From NCBI GenBank assembly GCA_035651095.1, contig DASRGI010000263.1, forward strand, positions 1,080 through 65,079: a stretch of DNA of 64,000 bases. The letters run 5' to 3'. Of the stretch, positions 36,806-46,183 are shown one piece after another (the stretch's first letter is position 1; the number at the start of each line of letters is the position of its first letter). Under the pieces are notes generated by a model. The model was given only the letters and a program-made list of their open reading frames with translations, did no database searches and was not told the DNA's origin. The translations under genes were made by a program, and so were the position numbers. Origin of the DNA: Acidimicrobiales bacterium (GTDB lineage: Bacteria > Actinomycetota > Acidimicrobiia > Acidimicrobiales > JAUTXP01).

Positions 36806-38026
36806 ATGGCTGATTTCTCCCTTGAGCTCAACGAGGACCAGATCCAGATCCAGAAGTGGGTCCACGACTTCGCCGAGAACGTCGTGCGGCCGGTGGCCCA
36901 CGAGTGGGACGAGCGGGAGGAAACGCCCTGGCCCGTCATCGAGCAGGCGGCCGAGATCGGGCTGTACTCGTTCGACTTCGTGGCCAACGCCTTCGGCGAT
37001 CCCACCGGCCTCCTCCTGCCGCTGGTCATGGAGGAGATGGCGTGGGGCGACGCCGGGATCGGCCTGGCCATCTTCGGCACCACGTTGGGCGTTGCCGGCA
37101 TCTTCGCCAACGGCACGCCCGAGCAGGTGATGGAGTGGGTGCCCCAGTGCTTCCGGGGTGACAACGACAAGCTCCAGCTCGCCGCCTTCGCCGTGTCCGA
37201 GCCCGACGCCGGCTCGGATGTGTCATCGCTGCGGACCCGGGCTGTGTACGACGAGGCCAAGGACGAGTGGGTGCTCAACGGCACCAAGACCTGGATCACC
37301 AACGGCGGCATCGCCGACATCCATGTTGTGGTGGCGTCTGTCGATCCCGAGTTGGGCGCCCGTGGTCAAGCCTCGTTCGTCGTCCCGCCCAACACGCCGG
37401 GCCTCACCCAGGGCCAGAAGTTCAAGAAGATGGGCATCCGGGCCTCGCACACGGCCGAGGTCGTGCTGGACGACGTGCGAGTGCCGGGCCGGTGCCTTCT
37501 GGGCGGCAAGGACAAGCTCGACGAGCGCCTGGCCCGCCTGCGGGAGGGCAAGACCGGCGTGCGTTCGCAGGCGGCCATGGCCACGTTCGAGGCCTCCCGC
37601 CCCGCCGTCGGCGCCCAGGCCCTGGGCATCGCCCGAGCCGCCTACGAGTACGCCCTCGAGTACGCCAAGGAGCGCAAGCAGTTCGGCAAGGCCATCATCG
37701 AGAACCAGTCGATCGCCTTCATGCTCGCCGACATGAAGACCGAGATCGACGCAGCCAGACTGTTGGTCTGGCGAGCAGCATGGATGGGCCGCAACGGCAA
37801 GACCTTCGAGAGCGGCGAGGGCTCCATGTCGAAGCTCAAGGCGGGCCGCGTCGCCGTCTGGGTCACCGAGCGAGCCATCCAGATCCTCGGCGGCTACGGC
37901 TACGTCCGGGAGTACCCCGTCGAGCGCTGGCACCGGGATTCGAAGATCTACGACATCTTCGAGGGCACCGAGCAGATCCAGCAATTGGTCATTAGCCGAG
38001 CTATCTCCGGTGTTCACATCAAGTAG
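36806..38026 (+). CDS. acyl-CoA dehydrogenase
   Basis: 406 aa from ATG 36806. Motifs AFAVSEPDAGSD, WITNGG, YEGTEQIQ-like FEGTEQIQQLVISRAI. Confidence 0.9.
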   Translation: MADFSLELNEDQIQIQKWVHDFAENVVRPVAHEWDEREETPWPVIEQAAEIGLYSFDFVANAFGDPTGLLLPLVMEEMAWGDAGIGLAIFGTTLGVAGIFANGTPEQVMEWVPQCFRGDNDKLQLAAFAVSEPDAGSDVSSLRTRAVYDEAKDEWVLNGTKTWITNGGIADIHVVVASVDPELGARGQASFVVPPNTPGLTQGQKFKKMGIRASHTAEVVLDDVRVPGRCLLGGKDKLDERLARLREGKTGVRSQAAMATFEASRPAVGAQALGIARAAYEYALEYAKERKQFGKAIIENQSIAFMLADMKTEIDAARLLVWRAAWMGRNGKTFESGEGSMSKLKAGRVAVWVTERAIQILGGYGYVREYPVERWHRDSKIYDIFEGTEQIQQLVISRAISGVHIK

Positions 38027-38038
38027 TGCGGAGGTGGC

Positions 38039-38737
38039 ATGGTCACCAGTGCGACCGACGCCACGGGCGAGCTGCCCGCTCAAACAGCGTTAACCTTGGC
38101 CACGATGGCCGCTGCCACGCGGCGAGTAAGAGACACGACGAAGACCGCGGAGGGGCGCGCCCACACTCGCCGCCGCATCACCGTCGCCGTCGCCGCCGTG
38201 GCGCTGGTTGCGGCCGCCGTCACGGCCGGGCTGGTCCTCAACCGGGGCGACCAACTGCGCGCCCCCACGATCGAGCGGTACCAGAAGGCCATGCTGCCCT
38301 TGGTGACAGAATGGGGGAAGATCGAGATCCAGGGCATGCGCCCGGCCATCAGCGATCTCTCCTCGGGCGAGGGTGTGCCCGCCAGCCTCATCGGCGGCGA
38401 GGCCCGGGCCTGGCAGAGCGGACTGAAGGACCTCCGCACCAAGATCCGGAAGGTGGCCGCGCCCAAGCAGCTGGCCCAGGCCTCCGCTCTCTTCGACCAG
38501 GCCATCGTCAAGTACCTCGACGCGGCCGTGATCTTCGAGCATGCCGCCGACGGCCCCGAGGGTGACGCCCGCAGCAAGGCCATCGACGACGGCATCAAGC
38601 AAGCCTCCGACGGAGCGGCCATCTACAACCGGGCCAGCCTGGTGATCCAGTCCGCCCGCCGCCATGCGGGTCTCGGCCCCACGCCCGATTTCCCGGACCA
38701 CCCAGCCGGTCCCAGCGAAACGGTCATCGGCGGGTAA
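38039..38737 (+). CDS. hypothetical membrane-anchored protein
   Basis: 232 aa with a single TM (ITVAVAAVALVAAAVTAGLVL) followed by a helical soluble domain. No family recognised; start uncertain. Confidence 0.5.
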   Translation: MVTSATDATGELPAQTALTLATMAAATRRVRDTTKTAEGRAHTRRRITVAVAAVALVAAAVTAGLVLNRGDQLRAPTIERYQKAMLPLVTEWGKIEIQGMRPAISDLSSGEGVPASLIGGEARAWQSGLKDLRTKIRKVAAPKQLAQASALFDQAIVKYLDAAVIFEHAADGPEGDARSKAIDDGIKQASDGAAIYNRASLVIQSARRHAGLGPTPDFPDHPAGPSETVIGG

Positions 38738-38876
38738 CCACGCGAACACCGGGGGGTCAACCCGAACCCGGAAGGGTATGCTCGCTTCAACGGTTGAGCA
38801 GCAGCCGTAAGGACCGCTGGGGTCCCACTCGTCACCGCCTAGACCATGCAGTACGAGAAGGGCTTGCTCTCATGGC

Positions 38877-39686
38877 TTGTTTTCTCCGCTGCAGTTTCTT
38901 GTGCCCGGTATGACCGCCACCGCAAGCTTCACGAGGGTGGCGCATGACGACATCGGTGCGTTGCATCGGTGCTACCGCGCCACCAACGACCAGCATGCCC
39001 GGTCGCAACTGGTGGAAGCCTACGAACCCCTGGCCCGGGCCATGGCGTCTCGCGTGTCCCGCCGCCACGACGATCGTGACGAACTCGTCCAGATCGCCAT
39101 GATCGGCCTCCTGAAGGCGGTCGACCGCTTCGACCCCGACCGGGGCGTGGCCTTCTCCACATTCGCCTGGGCGACCATCAGTGGCGAGATCCGGCGCTAC
39201 CGGCGAGACCACACCTGGTCGGTTCACGTGCCCCGCATGTTGAAGGAGCGCTACCTCCTGACGGCTGGCGCCCTGGACGAGCTCAGCAATTCCCTGGGCC
39301 GTTCACCCACCATCGACGAGGTGGCCGAACACACTGGCCTCACCGACGAGGACGTGGTCGAGGCCATCGAGGTGCGCCGCGCCTTCGCCGTCGATTCCCT
39401 GGACGTCAGCAACGACGACCACCGTCCCGTGCAGCTCGCCTCGGGCGGGTCCAGCTTGGATCAGGTCGAGAACGCGGCCGTGCTCTCACCGCTGGTGGCT
39501 CGTCTCCCCGAGCGGGAGCAGCGCATCTTGCAGCTGCGCTTCTACGACGACCTCAGCCAGTCCGAGATCGCCAAGCGCCTCGGGCTCTCACAGATGCACA
39601 TCTCTCGGTTGCTGGCCCGGAGCCTGGCCCAGCTCCGCGCCTGGGCGCTCGAAAGTGAGATCGCCGTGGCCAGCGCGCCGCCGTAA
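38877..39686 (+). CDS. SigB/SigF-type (group 3) RNA polymerase sigma factor
   Basis: Motifs LVQIAMIGLLKAVDRFDPDRGVAFSTFAWATISGEIRRY (region 2) and LSQSEIAKRLGLSQMHISRLL (region 4.2). ATG 38910 is an alternative start. Confidence 0.85.
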   Translation: MFSPLQFLVPGMTATASFTRVAHDDIGALHRCYRATNDQHARSQLVEAYEPLARAMASRVSRRHDDRDELVQIAMIGLLKAVDRFDPDRGVAFSTFAWATISGEIRRYRRDHTWSVHVPRMLKERYLLTAGALDELSNSLGRSPTIDEVAEHTGLTDEDVVEAIEVRRAFAVDSLDVSNDDHRPVQLASGGSSLDQVENAAVLSPLVARLPEREQRILQLRFYDDLSQSEIAKRLGLSQMHISRLLARSLAQLRAWALESEIAVASAPP

Positions 39687-39728
39687 ACGCTTCGGCCGTA
39701 AACGCCGGCCGAAGCGCCGTCCTCGACC

Positions 39729-41582
39729 TCAGGGCGCTTGACCCGCGCCGTCGGCCTCGATCAACAACAGCGCGCCGTTGATCTCCTCGTCCTGGCCGAT
39801 GAGCGGCGTACACGTCACCCGGCACTCGATGGCCTGGCCGCGGCGGTTGATCGCCGGCACGGTGAGCTGCTCGTTGGCGGACTCGCCACTCAGGCACAGC
39901 CGCACGGGCGCGCGCAGGCGCTCGACGGGCAGGCCGATCTCGAGGTTGAGGAAGTGCTTGCCCTCGACCTCGTCGGGCCGCAGCCCCCACATGTCCTCGG
40001 CCTCCACGTTCCAGATGCGCACGGCGAAATCGCGGTCGACCACGACCACGGCGGCCTGGAGGCTGGTCAGGATGGACCGTAGGAAGCCGTTGAGGCTGTC
40101 CAGTTCGCCCGTTCGCAGCCGCAGCTCGTCGTTGGTGGTCTCCAACTCCTCGACGGTGGACTGGAGCTCCTCGTTCATCGTCTCCAGTTCCTCGTTCATG
40201 GAGTGGAGCTCTTCGTTGGTCGTCTCCAGCTCTTCGTTGGTCGACTGGAGCTCTTCGTTGGTGGTCTCCAACTCCTCGACGGTGGACTGGAGCTCCTCGT
40301 AGGCCGTCTCCAGGTCGCGCTTCGAGCGCTCCACCTCCTCGCGCAGCCCGTGATACATCCCCACGTCGGTGAAGGTGATCAGCGTGCCGGCGTCGCCGGC
40401 GAGGGGCGTGATCTGGATGTCGAAATAGGTGACGCCCGTGCCCATCCGGGCCTCCACGTCCCTGAGGAGGATGGGGTGGTGGTCGGTGAAGGCCTGATCG
40501 ATGCGGGACCGCAGCTCCACCGGCCGGTACGACAGGTCGAGGTCGCGGAACGGGCGGTCCACATCGATGGGGCGCAGGCCGAACAGCGATCGTGCCTTGT
40601 TGTTGGCGGCGGTGAGGACACCCGCCCGGCTGATGGCCAGCAGGGCCAGGGGAGCGGCTTCGAACGCCTGGTCCCGGAGATCCACGACGAGGGGTTCGGG
40701 CGGTCCCGGCTTCTCCGGGGTCGGTGGCGAAGGACGCCCCATGCGTTCAATCCTGCTCGACGATCGGGCCTTGGTGAAGATACGCCGCTTCAGGTCCACG
40801 GGAACGAAGAGGTTGGTGCGGGTGACCAGCACCTCCGACTTGCCGAGGAACAGGGCCCCGCCTTCGTTCAGGGCGAAGTGGAAGTTGGCGAGGATGCGCC
40901 GCTGCGTCTCGGCCGTGAAGTACATCAGCGTGTTCCGGCACACGATGAGATCGATGTGGCTGATGGGTGCGTCCTGCACTAGGTCGTGCCGGCCGAAGAT
41001 GATCGACCGCCGGAGCTCCTTGCGGAACACGTACTGGTCGTCCGACGGCGCGAAGTGCCGCTCGATCTCCTCGGGCGTGAACACACCTTCGAGGGCCTTG
41101 AGGGGGTACCGGGCGTGGCGGGCGGCAGTCAGGGCTTCCTCGTCCACGTCGGTGGCGTAGATCTTCACCCGGCTCCGGAACGCCTCTTCCCCCAGCGCCT
41201 CGTTGAGCAGTAGGGCGAGGCTGTAGGCCTCCTCGCCCGACGCGCATCCTGCCGACCACACTCGCACCGGTTCCGTGGCGTCCTTGCGCTCGAGGATGCC
41301 CGGCAGCACGTCGGTGGCGAGGTACTCCCACGCCGCCGGGTCCCGCAGGAAACCGGTGACGTTGATGAGCACGGTGTTGAACAGGGCGGCGAAATCGTCC
41401 TCGTGGGTGGCGAGGTAGTGCTGGTAGTCCTCGAAGGAGCTGACGTCGACCGCGTACATGCGCTTCTCGATGCGCCGCCTGAGGCTCGAGCGCTTGTAGC
41501 CGGTGAAGTCGAATGCCCGCGTCGTTCGGATGAAATCCAGCAAGGCTTCGAAGTCCTCGTCCGCCGGAGCCGGATCGGTCAC
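39729..41582 (-). CDS. CheR-type methyltransferase fused to PAS, coiled-coil and PAS domains
   Basis: 617 aa. CheR motifs VWSAGCASGEEAYSLALLL and IVCRNTLMYF. EELxxTNEEL heptad coiled coil. GTG 41582 overlaps the cheB TGA (GTGA). Confidence 0.85.
   Translation of the reverse strand: MTDPAPADEDFEALLDFIRTTRAFDFTGYKRSSLRRRIEKRMYAVDVSSFEDYQHYLATHEDDFAALFNTVLINVTGFLRDPAAWEYLATDVLPGILERKDATEPVRVWSAGCASGEEAYSLALLLNEALGEEAFRSRVKIYATDVDEEALTAARHARYPLKALEGVFTPEEIERHFAPSDDQYVFRKELRRSIIFGRHDLVQDAPISHIDLIVCRNTLMYFTAETQRRILANFHFALNEGGALFLGKSEVLVTRTNLFVPVDLKRRIFTKARSSSRIERMGRPSPPTPEKPGPPEPLVVDLRDQAFEAAPLALLAISRAGVLTAANNKARSLFGLRPIDVDRPFRDLDLSYRPVELRSRIDQAFTDHHPILLRDVEARMGTGVTYFDIQITPLAGDAGTLITFTDVGMYHGLREEVERSKRDLETAYEELQSTVEELETTNEELQSTNEELETTNEELHSMNEELETMNEELQSTVEELETTNDELRLRTGELDSLNGFLRSILTSLQAAVVVVDRDFAVRIWNVEAEDMWGLRPDEVEGKHFLNLEIGLPVERLRAPVRLCLSGESANEQLTVPAINRRGQAIECRVTCTPLIGQDEEINGALLLIEADGAGQAP
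40131..40300. repeat. coding repeat: 44-bp perfect direct repeat (40131-40174 and 40257-40300) flanking 21-nt periodic units
   Basis: gttggtggtctccaactcctcgacggtggactggagctcctcgt occurs twice. It encodes the coiled-coil EELQSTVEELETTN. Confidence 0.85.
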
Positions 41583-42180
41583 CGGTGCGGTGCCGTGGAC
41601 AGGAGGTCCACGAGCAGCGCGGGGAGGTCCGGCACAGCCACGACGTGATCGGGATGGACGTCGGCGATGGCGTGGAGAGGCATGCTCGGGTATGCCGCGT
41701 CCGTGGGGTCCTGGACGACCGTCGTCCCGCCCTCACGCTTGATGCGTCGAAGGCCGGCCGTGCCGTCTTCCAGCGCGCCCGTGAGCACCACGCCGATGGT
41801 GTGAGAACCGAAGGCCAGAGCAGCCGAGGCGAAGGTCACCTCCACGGACGGGCGGTTGTCGTGCTCGGGTGGGTCGACGGAGAGGCGGACGCATCCGTGC
41901 TCGACCAGGCAGTGGTGGTCGGGTGGCGCGACAGAGACGTGGCCCGGTTCCAGGACCATGCCGTCGGCCGCCTGCGTGACCGGCAGCTGGGCGTGCCGGG
42001 CGAGGATGCCGGGGAGGGCGCTCGGCCCCCCGGGGACAGGTGGAGCACGATCAAAACAGCCGCAGGAAAGCGGCTGGGCAGACCCTGGACCACGGAGCGC
42101 AGGGCGCCCACACCGCCGGCGGACGCCCCGATCACAACGAGCTCCGTCGCCGACGGGGTCGGGCCAGTCGCTTCGGTCAT
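41579..42180 (-). pseudogene. cheB: CheB-type methylesterase, reading frame broken at a C6/G6 homopolymer (frameshift or sequencing error)
   Basis: The N-terminal part (ORF 41836..42180: LVVIGASAGGVGAL...LIVLHLSPGG) continues by homology in ORF 41579..41959 (PSALPGILARHAQLPV...). One extra G at 42025-42030 would restore the frame. Confidence 0.75.
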
Positions 42181-42225
42181 ACCGCCGACATTAGTGGTGG
42201 GTAACCCCCAGAAACCGGCGGTGAA

Positions 42226-42669
42226 TTATGGATGGGAGCTGTTGGTTTGGGTCCGCCTGACAAGTTCGACGGCCAGGTCTCGGACCTTCCGGTTGGTTCG
42301 CTGGGAGGCCCGTCGCAACATGTCGAACGCCTCGTTCGGGGTGCAGCGTGACTGGGCCATGATCACGCCCTTGGCCTGCTCGATGACCGCCCGGCTCGAC
42401 AGGGCCTCCTCCAGCTGCGCCACCAAGTGGCGCAACTCCATGACCACGTTGCCGTACTGCGTGCGTTCGGCCCGGATGGCGGCGGCTTCGGCCCGCAACC
42501 GGTCGGAGATCTCTCGGGTCGCCCGCGTCGTGGCCGGGAGATCGCGGCTGTCCAACTCCTGCTGCAAGAGGCGGCCCTGGGCCACGACGGCAGCGGCCCG
42601 CCGTCGCACCTCGTCGAAATCCGGCGCGGTGGGCGTGGGTGCATCGCGACGCTCCACGGGGCCAAGCAT
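42226..42669 (-). CDS. ANTAR domain-containing RNA-binding regulator
   Basis: 147 aa. The C-terminus RAVIEQAKGVIMAQSRCTPNEAFDMLRRASQRTNRKVRDLA is the ANTAR consensus. Confidence 0.8.
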   Translation of the reverse strand: MLGPVERRDAPTPTAPDFDEVRRRAAAVVAQGRLLQQELDSRDLPATTRATREISDRLRAEAAAIRAERTQYGNVVMELRHLVAQLEEALSSRAVIEQAKGVIMAQSRCTPNEAFDMLRRASQRTNRKVRDLAVELVRRTQTNSSHP

Positions 42670-42708
42670 GCACCAATCCGGGTGGTCAATGCTCCCGCGT
42701 TCGCGTGG

Positions 42709-43302
42709 TCAGGTGGCGCCGTCGCGGCTCACGCCCCGCAACCCGGCCCATGCCATCTCCGCCGTGCGGCGAGCGAGCACGGCTGGATCCGGCGCCATGC
42801 CGTCGGCCAGCCAGATGCGCGAGGTGCCCTCGGCCAGAGCCACCAGCCCGTACGCGAGGAGGCGGCGGTGCTCGGGGTCGACGTCCGCCTCGATGAAGGT
42901 GGCCACCGCGTCGGCGATGGAGTCCTCCACGCGGCGGACGGCCTTGTCGAACTGGTCGTCCCGGCGCCCGCCGCCGCCGAACAGCAGGCGGAAGGCGTCC
43001 TCCTCGTCGGCCACGAAGTTGAAGTAGGCGGCGAAGCCGGCCTCGACCTGGTGCCGGGGTCCGTCGGCAGTGGCCACCGCCTTGGCGACCGCATCCATCA
43101 GGCGGTTGCCCACGTCGTCGAGGAGCTCGAGATACAGGTCTCGCTTGGACCGGAAGTGCTGGTAGAGCACGGGCTTGGTGACGCCCGCGGCCTCGGCCAC
43201 CTCTTCCATGGAGGTGCGGTGGAAGCCTCGCTCGGCAAACGCCCGCAAGGCAACGTCCAGGAGTTGGCGGCGCCGGCGGGGACCGGGAAGGCGGGCGGAC
43301 AT
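42709..43302 (-). CDS. TetR family transcriptional regulator
   Basis: 197 aa from ATG 43302. HTH segment ERGFHRTSMEEVAEAAGVTKPVLYQHFRSKRDLY. Confidence 0.85.
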   Translation of the reverse strand: MSARLPGPRRRRQLLDVALRAFAERGFHRTSMEEVAEAAGVTKPVLYQHFRSKRDLYLELLDDVGNRLMDAVAKAVATADGPRHQVEAGFAAYFNFVADEEDAFRLLFGGGGRRDDQFDKAVRRVEDSIADAVATFIEADVDPEHRRLLAYGLVALAEGTSRIWLADGMAPDPAVLARRTAEMAWAGLRGVSRDGAT

Positions 43303-43303
43303 G

Positions 43304-43319
43304 GTTACCTCACGGTAAC
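43304..43319. promoter_or_regulatory. GTTAC-N6-GTAAC palindrome abutting the TetR start codon (candidate autoregulatory operator)
   Basis: gGTTACctcacgGTAACa begins 2 nt upstream of the TetR ATG (minus strand). Confidence 0.55.
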
Positions 43320-43605
43320 AAACCCCCGGCCGGGACCGGCCATCGGACGCGGTGTGAACCCACGATCGAATGTCCCTTTTGTCTGGCCCGGCAGGAGACG
43401 GGCCTCCCCTAGGGGAACACCACTCACCGTGAGGGCACCCAGACAGCAGCCGCCGCCTGACAGCCGCCGGCCCCCTGAGCCGCTGCGGCCCCTCCCGGCG
43501 CGCCGGGCGGGCATCACCCTGCTGTCGGTGAAGGCCCGCCGGCAGCGCCACCGCCGGCTGAGCGGCGGCGGCCCCACCTACGGCGTCTGAGCCGGGTCAG
43601 GCGGC

Positions 43606-44712
43606 TCAGTACTCGATGACCGAGCGGGCGACCTCGCCCGTCTTCATGGCATCGAAGGCCTCGTTGACCTCGTCGATGGAGATCGTGCGCGACACCAGTT
43701 CGTCCAGCTTGAGCTGACCCGACCGGTACAGCTCGATGAGCTTGGGCACGTCCCGCTGCACGTTGGACGAGCCGTACCAGCAGCCCTTGATGGTCTTCTC
43801 GGCCAGTACCACACCGAAGAAGGCGGGTACCGACACCATGGCGTCCATCTTGGGGACGCCCACGAGGATGGCCTGGCCGCCGCGGCGGACCATGGTGATG
43901 GTCTGGTCGATCGTCTGCTGGAGGCCGATGACCTCGAAGGCCACGTCGGCACCTCGCTGGCCGGTCATGTCCATCACCTGCGACACGGGGTCGCCCTGGC
44001 TGGCGTTGACCGTGGCCGTGGCCCCGAACTCCTTGGCCATCTGGAGCTTGGTCTCGTTCATGTCCACGGCGATGATCTCGCCGGCGCCCTTGATGCGGGC
44101 GCCCTGGATGACGTTCAGGCCCACGCCGCCGCAACCGACGACGGCCACGGTGTCGCCCTTGTTGATGTGGGCCGTGTTCATGGCCGCGCCCGTGCCCGTG
44201 AGCACGCCGCAGCCGATGAGGGCGGCCAGCTTGAGGTCGAAGTCCTTGGGGATCTTCACCGCCCCGATGGCCGGGATGATGGTGACCTCGGAGAACGTGC
44301 CTGACGCCGCCATCTGGAACAGCGGGGCGCCATGCGAGGTCATGCGGGTGGTGCCGTCGAGCAGGCCGCCGGTGGCCAGGGCAGCGTTGGCCTGCTCGCA
44401 CAGGTAGCCCTGGTCGTGCTGGCAGAAGAAACACTCACCGCACTGGGGCACCCAGGAGATGACCACGTGGTCACCGGGCGCCACGCTGGTGACGCCCTCG
44501 CCGACCTCTTCCACCACACCGGCGCCTTCGTGGCCCAAGACGATGGGCGTGGCCGCCATCATCGTGCCGTTCTGCATGGACAGGTCGGAGTGACACACGC
44601 CCGACGCGCCCATGCGCACCTTGATCTCACCCGCTCGCGGTGCTTCGACTTCGATGTCGTCCCGGATCTCGAGCGGTTGGTCGATACCCGTCATGACGGC
44701 GGCCTTGGCCAT
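43606..44712 (-). CDS. zinc-dependent alcohol dehydrogenase (class III-like)
   Basis: 368 aa. Motifs GVCHSDL, GHEGAGVV, CGECFFCQ...C, GCGGVGL. Confidence 0.9.
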   Translation of the reverse strand: MAKAAVMTGIDQPLEIRDDIEVEAPRAGEIKVRMGASGVCHSDLSMQNGTMMAATPIVLGHEGAGVVEEVGEGVTSVAPGDHVVISWVPQCGECFFCQHDQGYLCEQANAALATGGLLDGTTRMTSHGAPLFQMAASGTFSEVTIIPAIGAVKIPKDFDLKLAALIGCGVLTGTGAAMNTAHINKGDTVAVVGCGGVGLNVIQGARIKGAGEIIAVDMNETKLQMAKEFGATATVNASQGDPVSQVMDMTGQRGADVAFEVIGLQQTIDQTITMVRRGGQAILVGVPKMDAMVSVPAFFGVVLAEKTIKGCWYGSSNVQRDVPKLIELYRSGQLKLDELVSRTISIDEVNEAFDAMKTGEVARSVIEY

Positions 44713-44782
44713 GGGTGTTCACTCCCCCTTTTGCCGGCCTCCAGCGGCCGGCCCTCTCTTTGCAGACCTCGTGCGATGAAAC

Positions 44783-45043
44783 TTAGCGCTGTTCGCCGCG
44801 ATCCTCCCGTTCGGCGGCGCGCACGCCGTAGGCGAACACGATGGCCGGAGCGAGGATCACGGTGCAGAGGGCCATCGCCGCCGCGAATACGGCCGTGACC
44901 GCGGTGGAGAAGCCGGCCACGGCGCCCCACACGAAGGTGGCGACGGCCAGGAGCAGAAGGCCGTACCCGACCTGTTTGCCCGTGGCCGCGAGCCGGGCCA
45001 CGCGGGCCCGACGGGCGAGGATGGGATCGGTCACGAGCCCCAT
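44783..45043 (-). CDS. small hypothetical membrane protein (2 TM)
   Basis: 86 aa from ATG 45043. It overlaps the upstream gene end by 13 nt. Hydrophobic segments GYGLLLLAVATFVWGAV and AMALCTVILAPAIVFAY. Confidence 0.45.
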   Translation of the reverse strand: MGLVTDPILARRARVARLAATGKQVGYGLLLLAVATFVWGAVAGFSTAVTAVFAAAMALCTVILAPAIVFAYGVRAAEREDRGEQR

Positions 45044-45996
45044 CGTTGCAGCAGCCGGGCCAGCCGGTCGGGCAGGTCGGTCAGTGAGAAGTGGCGGCGG
45101 GCGATGGCGGCGTTGTGGTCGAGCAGCTCCTGGTCGGGCGCAGCGACGAAGGCGGCGAGGGGTCCCGGGTCCGAGGGCGAGAACCAGCGGAACCCGAAGG
45201 CGGCCAGCTCCCGGGCCACCGGGTAGTCGCCGATGGCGAGGGGCCGGCGGAACACGGCCGACTCGATCACGGGGTTGCCGAACCCCTCCCACGAGGACGG
45301 GAACGCCACGACGTCGGCCGCCGCGTAGGCGACCGCCACGTCGTCGACGGGCTGGTGCACGACCGGCACACGGGCGCGGCCCAGGACCTCGGCCAGCTCG
45401 GGCCCGTATCCCTCTTCAGCGGGGCCGAGGAGCCAGTACGTGGCGTCCAGGGATTCGGCCAGCGCCAGCCCGGCGGGCACGTTCTTGCGGGCAATCGCCC
45501 TGGTGGGTTGGAGGACGACCGGCCGGGAAGGATCGAGATCAACCGGCAGGAATCGCCCGTCAGGAAGGGGTCGATCAGTGGCGAATGCGTTGTAAATGGT
45601 GGTGGCTTCAATACCCCGATGACGCAGTTCGATTTCGCTGAGTCGGTTGATGGTGACGTGGGCCCAGTTCGGGTCATCAGGCGGGGGAGGACTGGTGGTA
45701 AATCGAGTCCGTTGCCAAGGCAAGTCGTGGTGGTGGAGGATCGCTGGGCGTCCCATCAAGACGCGCGTGACCACGTCGGCCGCGGCCCGGTTGAACGGGA
45801 GCGAGAGGAGGTTCTCGACGACTACCAGATCGGCGTCAGCCAAGGCGGCCTCGACCTGGGCCGTTTCCAGCCCGATCGGCGCATCCATGGACAAACCGGG
45901 CAAGAGGTGCTCAGCTATTCCTGCTCCGGCGACCGTCCGGACCTTGAGGCCAAGGTGGCGAAAGGCCATGACCCATTTGTCCGATTCTACCGACAC
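45031..45996 (-). CDS. glycosyltransferase (GT4-like); N-terminus apparently incomplete
   Basis: C-terminal EGFGNPVIESA motif. The in-frame upstream sequence encodes IRTVAILSFRLGGTDGVS but has no canonical start; ATG 46054 is 1 nt out of frame. Confidence 0.7.
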   Translation of the reverse strand: MSVESDKWVMAFRHLGLKVRTVAGAGIAEHLLPGLSMDAPIGLETAQVEAALADADLVVVENLLSLPFNRAAADVVTRVLMGRPAILHHHDLPWQRTRFTTSPPPPDDPNWAHVTINRLSEIELRHRGIEATTIYNAFATDRPLPDGRFLPVDLDPSRPVVLQPTRAIARKNVPAGLALAESLDATYWLLGPAEEGYGPELAEVLGRARVPVVHQPVDDVAVAYAAADVVAFPSSWEGFGNPVIESAVFRRPLAIGDYPVARELAAFGFRWFSPSDPGPLAAFVAAPDQELLDHNAAIARRHFSLTDLPDRLARLLQRWGS

Positions 45997-46183
45997 GCCG
46001 TCGGTTCCGCCCAGGCGAAAGGAGAGGATGGCAACGGTGCGAATCCGAGGACATTATCGGTTGGCCTGGCCTTCGAGCGGCCACTGTGCGTATTCTTATG
46101 GGAACACGGATCGGGATTGCGGGCAGGCGTCACCGCTCTCCGTGACGAACCAGTCATCGTCACAGTGAAGCTCGGGATAGGTC

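Noticed and set aside
40131-40300. Possible CRISPR-like or other non-coding repeat array. The same question was asked of 15437-15570.
   Set aside because: The repeats are in frame inside long ORFs and encode coiled-coil heptads or Pro/Thr repeats. The units are 15-21 nt with no unique spacers, and no cas genes are present in the window.
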